Shown: positions 22,402 through 35,651 of the stretch, piece by piece
Layout of the letters: each line of letters begins with the position of its first letter
Position numbering within the stretch: position 1 is the stretch's first letter
Assembly: GCA_965235115.1 (NCBI GenBank)
Contig: OZ249436.1
Location: forward strand, 48,176,001 to 48,240,000
Length of the DNA stretch: 64,000 bases
Origin: Laetmonice hystrix
Taxonomy: Eukaryota
Direction of reading: 5' to 3'
The notes under the pieces: generated by a model
Told to the model about the DNA's origin: nothing
Seen by the model: only the letters and a program-made list of their open reading frames with translations
Databases searched by the model: none
Translations under genes and position numbers: made by a program

Positions 22402-25400
22402 ATGGCGGATAGTGCGAGTGAGCTGGAGAGTGACACAAGCTCGATTGATGGGGGAGGTTCCTTGAAGATGGCCTCACCAGGACAGATAGAACAGCTTCAA
22501 AAGAGAATAGAGTCACTGCAGCAAGAAAATAGGGTGCTTCGAATGGAGCTGGACACCTATAAACTGCGGTGTAAAACCCTGCAAGAAGAAAACCGAGAAC
22601 TACGTCGGGCCAGCGTGACTATTGTAAGCACTGTCTTTCCTTTCCTGACATAAATAGTACATTTCATGTTGCTTCCGTAAATGTTTTGCACAAACTTCCG
22701 GCCTCGTGCCGAATATGCACATTCGTACATGGAGTTGGCAATGTAAAATGTAAAAGTCGAACCGAAATGGAAAGGAAAAGGTACCATTCCAGCCCTCGAC
22801 ATTAACTAGCATTTTGATCATTATACGGTACTGGCCCATAGCCAGGGCCAGTAAAAAATGAAAGTTAGTGGCCTATTGGTCCACTGGCCTGGGTATGGGG
22901 GGGGGGGGGGGGTCTATGCATGCTGCTGGATGCATGGATGCATTAAAAGTACAACTACAGGTGCACAGCACTAATGGTGGTACATTCCAAGGGCATATCA
23001 GGCGCGGATCTAGGAATTTTTGCAGGGGGGGGGTCCGAAAGATGCGAGCCGCTGGAGGAGGGGGCAAAAAGTCTGGGGCCCTTCCCCAATAACATAGCAA
23101 AAACCTAAGTTGGTCCTGAGCAGGGGGGGGGGTCTGGACTCCCCCCCCCCCCCTGGATCCGCGCACCTGCATATGCTCTAAAATAATGTAGTTTCTCTAG
23201 TTAGTTGCCAGCAATGGCATCTATTCTAGATGACCCCCAGCGTCCGGCTTCACGTACAGTGAGTATTTGGAGAGTATTTGATCCTGAGAGAGATTTACGA
23301 AAGTTACTGGCCCGGTCGGGCCAGTGATTTACAAAAAGTGATTTAGTGCTAATGTTGAGGGCTGCATTCACAAACATTGTGACAACCGTATTGTTGAACA
23401 CAACTAGTCTAGAACTTAGAATATAGGTAAACAGTCAATATTTGAACGAGTCAGGGGCCGGTTTTACTAAAGGTCCTTATTTAAGGACGTCGCTAATTTA
23501 ACATAGACGTGAATGGTTGCTAGGTCGTTATTTACGACCTAGCAACCCATTCACTTCTATGTTAAATTAGCGACGTCCTTAAATAAGGACCTTTAGTAAA
23601 ACCGGCCCCTGATAACACAAACAGGGGCAGGATGGCAGGGCTGAGGGTAGGCCTGATTGCCTCTGTTCCCTCTAATTAGATAGGCCTAATTCTGGGATTT
23701 CCCACCTCATAAAAAAGGGGGGAGAGGAATCTTGGTAATGCTGGATCCCCCAGTCACACAGTAAAAATTATGATGAAAAGAAAGCTTCCGTCTTTTATAG
23801 AGGTCAAAATTCATAGGCATTGGTCTGTAGGAGGGTTGACTGTAGTGGGTCTGTGGCAAGGTCAAGGGCAATATAATACACATAGTGCCAAAACCTTTAG
23901 AATTCTGCCTTTGGCTTTGGATATTTTTAGAATTGATGTTCAATCCAGTGTTTCATTAACTAAATGATCAAAATAAGATGTGGGATGGAATTGCCTTAAA
24001 TTCACAGCCAGAATATGCTAGAAAGCAAACTTTCACTAGTAAGCAATATTGAGCCAGGTTTCGGTTTTCTACCAGTTTTAAGAAAGTATTATTTAAGCTG
24101 ATCCGATTGTTGAAACTCTAGAGCGTAATTGACTCATGGTTATCTTTGCAGCAAGCTCGAGCCGAGCAAGAGGAGGAATTCATCAGTAACACTCTTCTGA
24201 AGAAGATCCAGGCTCTGAAGAAAGAGAAAGAAACACTTGCCATGAACTATGAACAGGAAGAGGAGTATCTCACTAATGACCTGTCTCGCAAACTTTTCCA
24301 GGTAAGCATTTTTTCCATCTCCAGGTGATTAGTCATTTGCTGTTCAAGTACCTTAATTTAGGTGAGATTCTACAGGCCAAGCCCAGTTCAAGGTTGGATG
24401 TAACCAAGAAATTGCTAGTTATAGAATTCAAATAAATACACACCTTTGCATCTAAGATTCTCACATACCTTGAAAATTCTAGAAAGTACCAAAGTTTAAA
24501 TTAAAACTAAGGCCTTGAAAATCCCAAATAGCAGAAAAATATTGCTGCACCTTTCTTCTGTAAAATGCATCTTTTAGTGATGTTGGAACAAGGGGGCCAT
24601 GCACCCCCCTTTTTTTCTTTTTTCTTTTTTTTTTGGGGGGGGGGGGCTACCTGGAGGTTTTTCTATGTAACAAGTTTCATGCCTGGTGATTTTAATAAAA
24701 TAAATATCCTATCTAGAGCATGTTACAGTAAAACCTTTGATTTTTATTGAGCACTATTAGAAAAAAGTATTAACAAAGTGTATCCAATTCAGAAGGGGAA
24801 CTGTTGATGTAATCCCTTGGGCATGACTGATGGTCTATAGAATGTACAGGCTGTGTTACAATGCCAAAAGATTATTATATAAATTATAGACCATGCAGCT
24901 CCCACGATTCAGCCCGCTTCAGTAACTTGTATCCAGAGCTGTTTGTGACCAGTAGCTGTGTTCACTTAATCTTCTTGACACTTAGGCTTAGTACATTCAT
25001 AGAAATGAAGAGGTGCCATGCCATTTATTAGTCTGCCCAAAAATGTGGGAGCCCACTAGCCTACAAGAGAATACAATGCGACTGGATGTAAAAAAAACCT
25101 GACAAATTACAGGCTGTGTTATGCCATGATAGTTTGGCATATAAACACTCGGAGTAATCAAGCCACTACGGCAGGGGGTCCTGAGTGAAACATAAACACA
25201 GTATTGTGACCCCTGCTGAATAGCAGAATTTCAGTTTGCTCAGACTGGCCGATTGTCACCTGGTCTTGGGTTAATACATGTGTGTAAATATTAGGGTGAT
25301 ACTGACAATCGGACTCATCAGGTGCAGGCCTCGAATTAGAAGTTAAAAGGGGCACGGCAAAAATTGCCGTCGAGGGCCTTGTTTAAAGGAGGGCGCCACA

Positions 25401-28400
25401 ACATTTTCAACCAAGTTTAGAAGGGCACCACGGCAAATTTACTTCTCCAAAACCAAATCTCGCATGTCTGGCTTAACAGTAAAACAAGGAATCTTCACAC
25501 TTTAGGTTAGTGGTGTTGGTGATCACTAGGGGATTGATGTCAGGAATGATTCGGGGATGGCTGATGGGCACATCACAGCAAGGGAAAAGGGCACCACGGC
25601 ACTGGACTGCCGTCGATGGGGCAAAAAATAGGAGGGCACCACGGCAAATGGAAGGGGCACGACTGCAATTGCCGTCGTGTAATTCGAGGCCTGCAGGTGG
25701 TTACCAGGAGTTCGAGATGATTTTTGGGAGTCACAGACTCACAGACTCCTGTTGAAATTAACCCCACACTATACCTGGGATGTTGATAAATTCCCCTATG
25801 ATGAGATCGAGGTCACAGCCAATCCCCGGAAGCAGGGTTACCCATTCCACAGGCCTTGAGATCCTGCCAATGCACACAACAAGCTGATAAGGATTCAGAC
25901 GTGTGAAATCTACAGTTTTTACTGCTACAGGTGCAAGAGTGTGGTGAGGTCACAAAAAGTTGGGGGCATGAAGAATATGTGGCTGTTTTATATGTGGCTG
26001 CTATTTATGGTCTGTGTGTTATTCTTATTACATGGTGAGCTAGCTTTGGAAAGCTGTTTGAGTTATAATATGCAAAGCAAATTACCTGTTAAAGTTGGCA
26101 GTCAGCCTGTCTCTCTCACTCAGCCATCAGTATGGCTACTTGTATGGACATAAAACAAACAGATTGAAGTTGATGAAATGATGCCTCACACAGGGATGTG
26201 CCCTGAAAGAACTGATTGCCGGGCAGTAGTTAAAGATTGCACCAGTACCAAAGGCACAAAGTTTTCAGTTGGCAAGGGGTATGGGTAGGGGGCTATTTTT
26301 TCAAATGATAGGCCTAATAAAAATTTCTGCCGGGTGGCACTTGAACCTTTTTAGATATGTGCCGGGCAGTTAAAATCGGTGCCAGGCGGGTCACATCCCT
26401 GCTCGCAGACACAGGTCTATCTCCTTCGGTAGAACTGATTGGCTGGTCATAGCAAACCAACCAATTGGAAGTGTTAGGTTTAAACTTTTAAGTTTTTGCT
26501 TATAAGCAAGATCTTAAGTTTTATTGAACTGGGCCCAGAACTTGAAAAATAACCTTTTTTAAGGAATAAGTGCTGTTTTTTTTGTGTGTGTTTTTTAAAT
26601 AAGTGTGTAAACATTCTCAACCAGTACAGGATATGGAGAGAAGTGGCAGCTCCTAGACATTAAGTATGATGCAGGCTCCATGTTCTGCTGATGTCAAGGT
26701 GTTAGTGTGGCCCAGGATGTGGCCTAGTTACTGTCCCAACACCTAGGGCTGCTGTACCAACAACATCACATTTTACTTAGCACTTGCTGTCAGTGTACAT
26801 CCTCTTCCCACATTTATAGAATGAGGCACACTGATCAACAATATTGACTCCTGACACAGGCAAATTCTCTGATAGTATTAGGATTGTCATCAATGATACT
26901 GACATAAATAAATGGTCAGGCTCACACAGAGGCTTACTGAGCAGTTAAAGGGAAGGTTTGGAAACCACAAGTTAATGAAGTCATTATTGACCGGGAACTT
27001 CAGAACAACTGATTTTTGTATTAAATCTGACAAAAACTGTCCAGGTGGTTACGTCGACCCTGCAGTGCTCCCTACCATTTGTTGTTTCAACAGTTGGTCT
27101 GTCAAAACACTAACACATCTAGAGCCCCTGTTACCTTTACCGGATCATAATATTGTTATCCTCAAACCAATAAAACAATCAGGCTGTCTTCAGTGGTGCT
27201 TATCGACAACATCAACCTTGGCTGCCTCATATCTCTAACGATTGACCCAGATTCTATTGAAAATCGCTTTACAGCACTACATGTATTGTTGATGCTAAAC
27301 GTCAGGCGTTATGCTCAAGAAATACTGTGTCACTGTCTGTGCCATAAGATTACTGGTATATTGATTACTGCAGAGAGACATGTATACAATTAGGGAAACC
27401 CATGTCCATTTTAAAAGTTAACACAGGGTTTCCACAGGGCCTTAAAAGCCTTGAAAAGCCTTGAATTTGGAAAAATAGATTCATGGCCTGGAATAGCCTT
27501 AAAAAAAGGGGGGGGGGAAGTTTGAGGGCCTTGAAACTCATCAAATGGGCCTTTTAAAAAATACACGATTAATATGTTTATGTATTACACTAATTTAGGG
27601 GGCTGTCCAAGTATTACTTACACAAAATTTCCAGAATTTTTACCAACAGACAGGTCCCTGACCTCGAGCTAGTGGAATGGATTTGTTCAACACTGTACCG
27701 GTATATCCTTTAGGTTTTAAAATTTTTGCTGTTTCCTAAGTACTTTCTGACAGCATCCTGTAAGAAACAGAAAATATTGTATATAAAGTTGGAAGCCTGC
27801 TTTTATCATATATATCAAAACTACAAGTAGTTAGTAAATTATGAGATTTTGGAGTTAAGTAGCCAACCATTACACGAATAGCTCAGAGGGATACATGGAT
27901 TGGAATGGATTAAGTTGTCATTATATTAAAATCTGACAGTGTCTGGTTGTATAATCGCGCAGGTGGGTGGTTGGGGTTATCTGGGCAGAAACGCGGTGAT
28001 TGTTGTTTGTAACAATTTGTTTAGCCAACATTGTTGTCAAATAACAGTAGCACCATGTGTGGGCCCGGTACTATAACTGGTATGAGATAGCAGTCCTGTC
28101 TCAGGGAGCTCTGTCGCCAAGCTGGACTCCAGTTATCACAGGCTGCAAGGACTTGACAACACTTACTGGGGTCTTGAGAGTCCCAGACCTTACCAAATTT
28201 CTTTCTTACATGTGTTGCAGTTCGATATGTCACAAATAGAACACTGTTACTGTAGACAGTTACTGTTACTGTAGACAGTTACTGTTACTGTAGACAGTTA
28301 CTCTTACCAGTTACTAAGTCTGTAGACAGTTACTGTTACTGCTTACTGTAGACAGTTACTCATACCAGTTATTACTGTAGACAGTTACTGTTACTGTAGA

Positions 28401-31400
28401 CAGTTACCCATACCAGTTATTACTGTAGACAGTTACTGTTACTGGAGACAGTTACTCATACCAGTTATTACTGTAGACAGTTACTGTTACTGTAGACAGT
28501 TACCCATACCAGTTATTACTGTAGACAGTTACTGTTACTGGAGACAGTTACTCATACCAGTTATTACTGTAGACAGTTACTGTAACTGTAGACAGTTACT
28601 CATACCAGTTATTACTGTAGACAGTTACTGTTACTGTAGACAGTTACTCATACCAGTTATTACTGTAGACAGTTACTGTTACTGTAGACAGTTACTCATA
28701 CCAGTTATTACTGTAGACAGTTACTGTTACTGTAGACAGTTACTGTAGACAGTTACTCATACCAGTTATTACTGTAGACAGTTACTTTTACTGTAGACAG
28801 TTACTGTAGACAGTCACTCTTACTGTAAACACCTCTGTGGTGAATTATGGGTGGGGCCTGTACAGCCTATAGAAAGGTCAGCGGTCATTTTCTACCAATC
28901 CAATACACGGGTGGACGTCCAGACAGGGGATGTGATGTTATAACTTATTGCCAGTCGCTGGGCATCTGCTGGCAAACAGTGATCAGTGCGTGCATGCCAA
29001 CATTGGTGGGGCCTGGGCCAAAACGGTAGTCGGTGATTACTATAGTATACAGAAACAGTGGCCACTGAGAGACAAACAGTTACCCACCCACCCACCCCAC
29101 CTCCGGCGGAGATCCAGGTTAAGCCTCGCTGGGCTGGTGAGCGAGTTACTGGGATTATGTGTGATTGATCTGTCTATCTCATCGATGAACTACACACACG
29201 CAGGGTAGCTTCTGGTTATTGTTTATTAAATGGTGTGCAGAGATTAATGTGCAAGGTAAGGCACAGCAGAAAATTGATACAGATCTATTTAGAGCTCTAG
29301 CTCCCTAACCCTCTGCCAGTCTGGTACAATTGTCATGAGTGGAACATTTATGCTATATACAGACGGCATTATTAGTTTTATTCAATGTGTTCATTTCCTT
29401 TTATTTACCAATGTTTAATGACATGGCTGCCATGTTTCTCCTCGTAAATTTGTTTACAAAGAGCCAGACAATGGAACAGTTACTGAGTTAGTGTTATCAT
29501 GATATATCAGACAATAGACTATTTCTGTTGATGCATGGTTCGTACCATCTGTGTTTGAGAACCACTTACAACTTATCAAATGGGAACCAATTACTATGCT
29601 AGAGTCAATTAATACTAATAATAGTGGATTGTTTTTTGATGAAGCCTTATCATTTTGTAAATTCCTAGTCTGACGGTGTGGCCACCTGGAGCTCCTCGTT
29701 CCTAGTTTGGAGATCCACATATTGATTGTCAGCGGTGTTTTGGCATGTTTCAGTTGCGCCAGGAGAAGGTCGAGCTGGAGCAGACCCTGGAGAAGGAGCA
29801 AGAATACCAGGTGAACAAGCTGATGCGGAAGATCGAGAGGCTAGAGGCTGATACTCTGTCGAAGCAGACCACGCTGGAGCAGGTAGGCAGATGGGCGGGT
29901 GGGTGGGTGTAAGGGCCACACCTGGCCAGAAACGACCTCAGAAATATTTGGCGAGCTGTATTAGAGAACTAGCTCATGACTCGGTCAGACGTAGAGGAGT
30001 CTTTGTCAGGCCATGAACTAGGTGGGGTGCTTGTTCTGGCAGAAGCTCTCTTTAAATTCCATTATTTTTGTATACCACAAATGAATTGTAGCAAAAACTG
30101 CACAGATATTGAAACAATTTTACAATCTTCAAACTGCTTGAGTATTTGACTGTTGCAATGCTTTCACTTTCAAGTAAATGAACAGATTAGTTTCTGTAAA
30201 CTAAAAAGGGAAATAGGATTACCAGTAATGAATAACTTATCATTTTGGTTTTGACTAGTAGGTACACCATAAATCTCCCCAATACTTTGAATATATCTCT
30301 AAATGTTATCAGCTGCGGAGGGAAAAAGTGGAGCTGGAAAACGCACTGGAGCAGGAGCAGGAAGCTCTCGTCAACCGTCTCTGGAAACGCATGGACAAGC
30401 TGGAGGCTGAGAAAAGGTTAGTTGTGTACTCTCACCAGGAACTTTGTTAGCCACATCTCTAGGATTGAATGTTGGATGGAGGAGGGAAGCACCCTCTCAG
30501 TATGCAGTCACAGCCACTCATCACCGTTTGCAGAACGGTCTAAGAACTCGTGTAAAAAAAGCCAGGTGTCAGTGTATTGTAGATTTACATTTACAAGATT
30601 AGGAAACATTACATCTTGCAGACAGCAAAGATATCAGGCCTGTAGCCAGGGGCAGTGCGCAGGGTGTGTATGCACTCCTACCACCACCCCACCCCCAGCT
30701 CAAGCTCCATCTTAAATTTGCAAGAGTGCATCTCTACCCTAGACCTAGAGTCCAATCTCTCCTTGACTTCAAATCATGCATTAGTTGGTGTTTCTAGTTA
30801 CAGCAACAGAAAACGTATGGCAAAAATACCCGTTGTTCTACAGACAATGCATCCCCCCCCCCCCCCCCAAAAAAAAAAAAGAAATCCTGGCTACGGTCTG
30901 GATATCGTCAAGGTTTATCACTGAGAACAAATGTTTTAAATGAAGGGTGCAGTGTTACAATATGTTCTGGTAATATCAGGCGCCACCTAGCAGTGTTTTG
31001 GTAAGTGGACTTGGAACGTTTGTCGTTAGCAACCAGTATGTCATTGGGCCTTTAGAACATTAGTTATTTCATGAAATCTAATCTCCATGTTATAGAACAA
31101 AATAAGCCGAATTACATATCAGAACTCCTGTCTAAAGCACAATTAAAAGCTTTTAATAGATAATGTTGTGTACGTACATGTATCCAACACTGCTGTCCTA
31201 CATAGTGCAGTGTACATGTAGTTACAATTTCGCGTTCTTTCCTCTCGACACAATAAACCGAGATTGGTGCCAAATCTTGATGTGTTTATTGACTAGCTGC
31301 ACCGGTAGACTGATAGTGCCATAACAGTTATCTGTTGTAGTATTTGTACTTTAATCAGGGAGAAAAAACTGGAGCAGGTTATAAACTATGAGGGCCGTTC

Positions 31401-33928
31401 ACGTTAGGTGCACTGGCATTGAGTTTCTTCTAGGTATGACAGCCATGGGATTTTCTTCTTTTCTAGGTCTTTTTCTCGGCCCAAGAACTTAAACTTGGAA
31501 TTTTTATCTTGACTTTGATGGGTTAGAGTTTGGCAAATGAGGAAAAAGTAGACTTCACCAGGGACCAGGAACTTGCCCTGAGTCTTTTAGACTAATCCAG
31601 CTGGCAGGATGGACTGATTGAATCAAAATTGACTTTGACTTGCTGTAGGCAGTGACTAGTAACCATATATTGCACTGGTCACTAGAAATGTCTCTAGTCC
31701 CAACACAACTCACATTTTCCTGGTAAAAGATTGTCAAAAAAGCTCCCAGAGAGCTGTACTCGTTCAGATATCACTTACATTCTCCTAGCCGAGTTGTTGA
31801 GGGAATATAAGTATGTAGCCAGAACCCAATTGACTTATTTTGATGCTGTGACCAGGATGCTGCAGGAGAAACTCGACCAACCTGTTTCATCTCCCCCGTC
31901 GCCCCGTGAAATCAACAATGGTGACATGGCCGGCAACCTCACGCAGCACATCCAACACTTGCGGGGTGAGGTGCAGAAGTTACGCAACCAACTCATTGAT
32001 GCTCAGACTGAACGTGAGTCATTCATAACACTTCAATTCTTCCTTCCTTCCCGAGAGGGTACAAAGAAAAGTAAACATAATTCTGATGTCCATGAACTCA
32101 TATAACAGACCGTCAATCATGTAAACGTCCTGCTCCCCAGTAAATGGGTCCTGACATATTTTTGCAGACGTGGAGAAGATGGCTCAGTACCATCAAGAGG
32201 AACGACATATCCGGGAGGAGAATTTACGGCTGCAGCGAAAGCTACAGCTTGAGATTGAGAGACGTGAGGCGCTATGTCGGCACCTCTCAGAGAGCGAGTC
32301 CAGCCTAGAAATGGATGATGAACGGTACGTAACACTCTCTCCATCAGGCTAGTACCCTGTCACATCTCAAACAGGGCTTCCTAACATCTTGTGAAGGTGT
32401 GGTTCAAGTATAATGGTACAGGTTTCTCTTCAGAAATTCTTGGTCGCATTAGGTTTAGGTTTTTATTTTATTATAGCGAATGTACAATACATACAATTTA
32501 GCATATATACAAAAGTATGAGTACTTAGAAGTAATGTATAAATACAATTAATATAATTAATGTACCTGACCAAGTATTAACTGGTAAGCATGATAAAAGT
32601 TAGGTGAACTGATCTTCCAAGCCCACACAGTAAACCTAAAAATTCACATCAGATTGACCTGACCCATTGATGTCACAGAAATATGCCAACCTTATACCGT
32701 ACATGATTTATTCTGTGGTTTTTACAGACATTTTAATGAGATGACCAAACAGCAGCAGCCTGTGCGAGAGTTTGGTTCCTTTCTGCCCACTCAGGGCCAG
32801 GGTCACCCTGCTGCCCGCCCCCGCACAGTGTCCAGTCCAATCACGGTCCAGTCTCCTGGCTCGTCCAGACCACTGTCACCAGGTAACCTTGGAGAGATCC
32901 ATCTACGTTTGTCGTTACGACCAGAGATCCGATAATAGAGTAAATGCTTAATTAAATTATTCAGTCTTCTAAGATTTAATGTAAAAGTTTTTGGAATTTT
33001 TTTAAATTTTCAAATATATCTTTAAAAAAAAATTATTTTCATCCTTTCTGCCATATATTTCTTTAGGTCATTGCTTTGACTGATGATCTTGGCTAGTAGG
33101 GTTTGAACAAAACTAAATCCTATTATAGAACAATGTAGTTTGGACCTTATGCTGGTGATGTTTTAGGTGTACACTATGGATCACCAGCCTTCAGCCCACC
33201 CAGCCCGATGAGGGGATGTGGTGGAATGGCCCACTCAACACCCACCTACCTGCCTGGTACCTCACCGCCCGTCTTCTCACACATGCCCAACATGCAGCCC
33301 ATGGGACAGTTTGCGGCCCTCGACCACTATGCCGCTGCTACAGTAAGTCTGCGATAGCTCTACTGTATAGTTGGTGCAGGATAAGATCAGAGCACAGTTT
33401 CTAAAAAACTTAAGATCTTGCTTTAGCTTAAGCTTAACGCTTCTGATTGGCTGGTCTGCTTAGACCAGCCAATCAGAAACGTTAAGCTTAAGTTTTACCT
33501 GTGTAAGACTTCTGATTGGCTGGTCTGCTTAGATCAGCCAATCAGTAGCCTTAAGCTTAAGCTTTTTACTAACTGGGCCCAAGAATAGTTGCAAGGCATA
33601 GCAGTCTCATCGTTGTTTTAGAAAAATTTTAAATCAGTTGATGCATTATTCTTTTCGTATCTTTTATTATCTATGCTGGTACTACATGTGGTACAGATAG
33701 CCAGCAGGGCATGGGAACCTGCTGCAGGTGTGTTGATGTCACAGCCACATATAGTTCGTACAAGTCTAGATTTCAGCCAGGTGAATGGTATTAAACAAAA
33801 GGTCGCCATACTACCTCCTGCTGAGAGTGTTGATGTATTTATTGTTTCAGAGAAGATCCAGTGCAGACAAGTTTGTGAAGCCCACGGCCCCAGCCCCCCA
33901 GTCAACATCACCAGGCCCCAAGATGTAA
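22402..33928 (+). CDS. CCDC6: Coiled-coil domain-containing protein 6 (9 exons, ~442 aa)
   Basis: [12 protein letters not shown].. start; exons 22402-22623, 24152-24301 ([20 protein letters not shown]), 29754-29882, 30313-30416 ([23 protein letters not shown]), 31856-32013, 32168-32324 ([23 protein letters not shown]), 32728-32882 (RPRTVSSP), 33167-33342, 33851-33928 (DKFVKPT..PKM*). All GT-AG with continuous phase. Confidence 0.95.
22999..23169. mobile_element. MITE, TIR caggcgcggatc, 5-bp TSD catat
   Basis: catat|caggcgcggatctagg ... cctggatccgcgcacctg|catat. Confidence 0.8.
23451..23612. mobile_element. Fold-back MITE (near-perfect 162-bp palindrome)
   Basis: tcaggggccggttttactaaaggtccttatttaaggacgtcgctaatttaacatag... 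mirrored by ...ctatgttaaattagcgacgtccttaaataaggacctttagtaaaaccggcccctga. Confidence 0.85.
25325..25693. mobile_element. MITE, TIR caggcctcgaatta, 6-bp TSD caggtg
   Basis: caggtg|caggcctcgaatta ... taattcgaggcctg|caggtg; internal repeated gggcaccacggc motifs. Confidence 0.8.
26191..26401. mobile_element. MITE, TIR cagggatgtg, probable 6-bp TSD ctcaca/ctcgca
   Basis: ctcaca|cagggatgtg ... cacatccctg|ctcgca; internal tgccgggc/tgccgggt repeats. Confidence 0.72.
28242..28830. repeat. Intronic minisatellite, 19-bp core (ctgttactgtagacagtta) with ~47-bp composite unit
   Basis: Alternation of ctgttactgtagacagtta and ctcataccagttattactgtagacagtta. Confidence 0.95.
30635..30900. mobile_element. MITE, TIR caggcctgtagccagg, 5-bp TSD gatat
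   Basis: gatat|caggcctgtagccagg ... cctggctacggtctg|gatat. Confidence 0.75.
33391..33580. mobile_element. Palindromic MITE (aagcttaacgcttctgattggctggtct core)
   Basis: Internal inverted repeat 33431-33489 and terminus aactgggccc; related fragments at 5871-5943 and 26445-26538. Confidence 0.7.
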
Positions 33929-35169
33929 TAGTTTACAAGGCTTCCTCACACGGAAGGTTGACTGACCACTTGCCACACGTGGTGGCGCGTTAGTTTGTCT
34001 GGGTGACACCAGGGGGCCGTACTGAGATCATGCCAGCAGTCATGCTACAGCTGTAGCGATTGGTAGAGGCGCTTTCATTGATTGCCACTAGGTGGAGCTG
34101 TGAGACAGTGCCTGACTCGAGATGTTCTCTGCTGCCGTTACGCAGGAGGAAGGAATGAGGTGAGGGACCTTCCACTTGAAGAGGGTCTGATTGAAAGGGT
34201 TCTGTTTAGGAAAAAAAACCAACTTGGTGAGATAGTACATGTATTTGGCACCTTAATTGGAGGTGTTGGGAGAAGACCCACACTGGTCCATTGTGGTAGT
34301 ATATAAGGTATGTTTTCATGTTGTGAGTCGGAGCAGAATTCAGAGCAGTTACTTTGCCGCCCCCTGGCGTGAGGTTCTTTAATTAGAAAAACATATTCAA
34401 AAGAAAGCAAACAGTGAATATAACACAGGCCTATGCTTCTGTGAAGTGTTTACTTTAGCGTACATGCGATGTTGCTCAGCAGGATGAAGGCACAGAGTGA
34501 GGAAGGCTGATAGGCCTGCTTTACCTGATCTTTTGCTCGCATCCAATGGTGCTTTGCGGACAAGTCAGAAAACGAAGGCGAGTCGAAGACAAGACTGAAT
34601 GTGATATGTGTTATCTTGTGATGATGCAGGTTAGATAGGATATGTGTAAAGGTGTGTTGTATTGCACTGGTTCATATGTGTACATAGTGTTGTTGGCAAC
34701 ATAGTTGCCATGAAGAAACGTAGTTTTCTACTACAAAATGTAGGAAAACCTCCCAGAAACAATGAGTGGTGTATTGGGTGATATGTGTGAGACAGAGTGA
34801 AATATATTTGTGTGTGGATGTGTGTGTTGTGTTTACAGACCAAGAGAAAGATGAAAATGACAAAAATAGATGTTTCGGGGAAGGACAGTTGTTAGGTATT
34901 TTTGATGGTTGAATTGGAAGCATCATACGCAATGTAAAGATTTAATGATAGGATTGAAGAGGAGGAGGAGGTGGGGGGTAGTGTACAGATGTCAGGACAG
35001 TGTCCGTCATATCTAACAGTGTATTGAGGGAGTCCACTGAGAACTTGCTACCAGTCGTAGCTGGCTACATGCTTCAGTTCACGGTGGTAGATTCAAGGTC
35101 AGACTGAGTGATTGTTTATAACACGTAATGTAAAATCTGTTTCCTCAAGATGGCGAGGACAGTGGCGAG

Positions 35170-35651
35170 TGGGTGTCGCTGTCGTTTTGGACGGGGTGTC
35201 GTAGGACAGGCAGGTGGTATCGCCATCGTTTTGGACGGGGTGTCACAGGGCAGGCAGGCGGTGTCGCCATCGTTTTGTACGGGGTGTCGTAGGGCAGGCA
35301 GGCGGTGTCGCCATCGTTTCAGACGGGGTGTCGTAGGGCAGGCAGGTGGTATCGCCATCGTTGTGGACGGGGTGTGGTAGGGCAGGCAGGCGGTGTCACC
35401 ATCGTTTTGGACGGGGTGTCGTAGGGCAGGCAGGCGGTGTCGCCATCGTTTTGGACGGGGTGTCGTAGGACAGGCAGGCAGGCGGTGTCGCCATCGTTTT
35501 GGACAGGGTGTCGTCGGGCAGGCAGGTAGTGTCGCCATTGTTTTGGACGGGGTGTCGTAGGGCAGGCAGGCAGTGTCGCCATCGTTTTGGACGGGGGGTC
35601 GTAGGGCAGGCAGGCAGTGTCACCATCGTTTTGGACAGGGTGTCGTAGGGC
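35170..35651. repeat. 44-bp GC-rich minisatellite, ~11 copies, in the probable CCDC6 3' UTR
   Basis: Unit gtgtcgccatcgttttggacggggtgtcgtagggcaggcaggcg. Confidence 0.95.
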
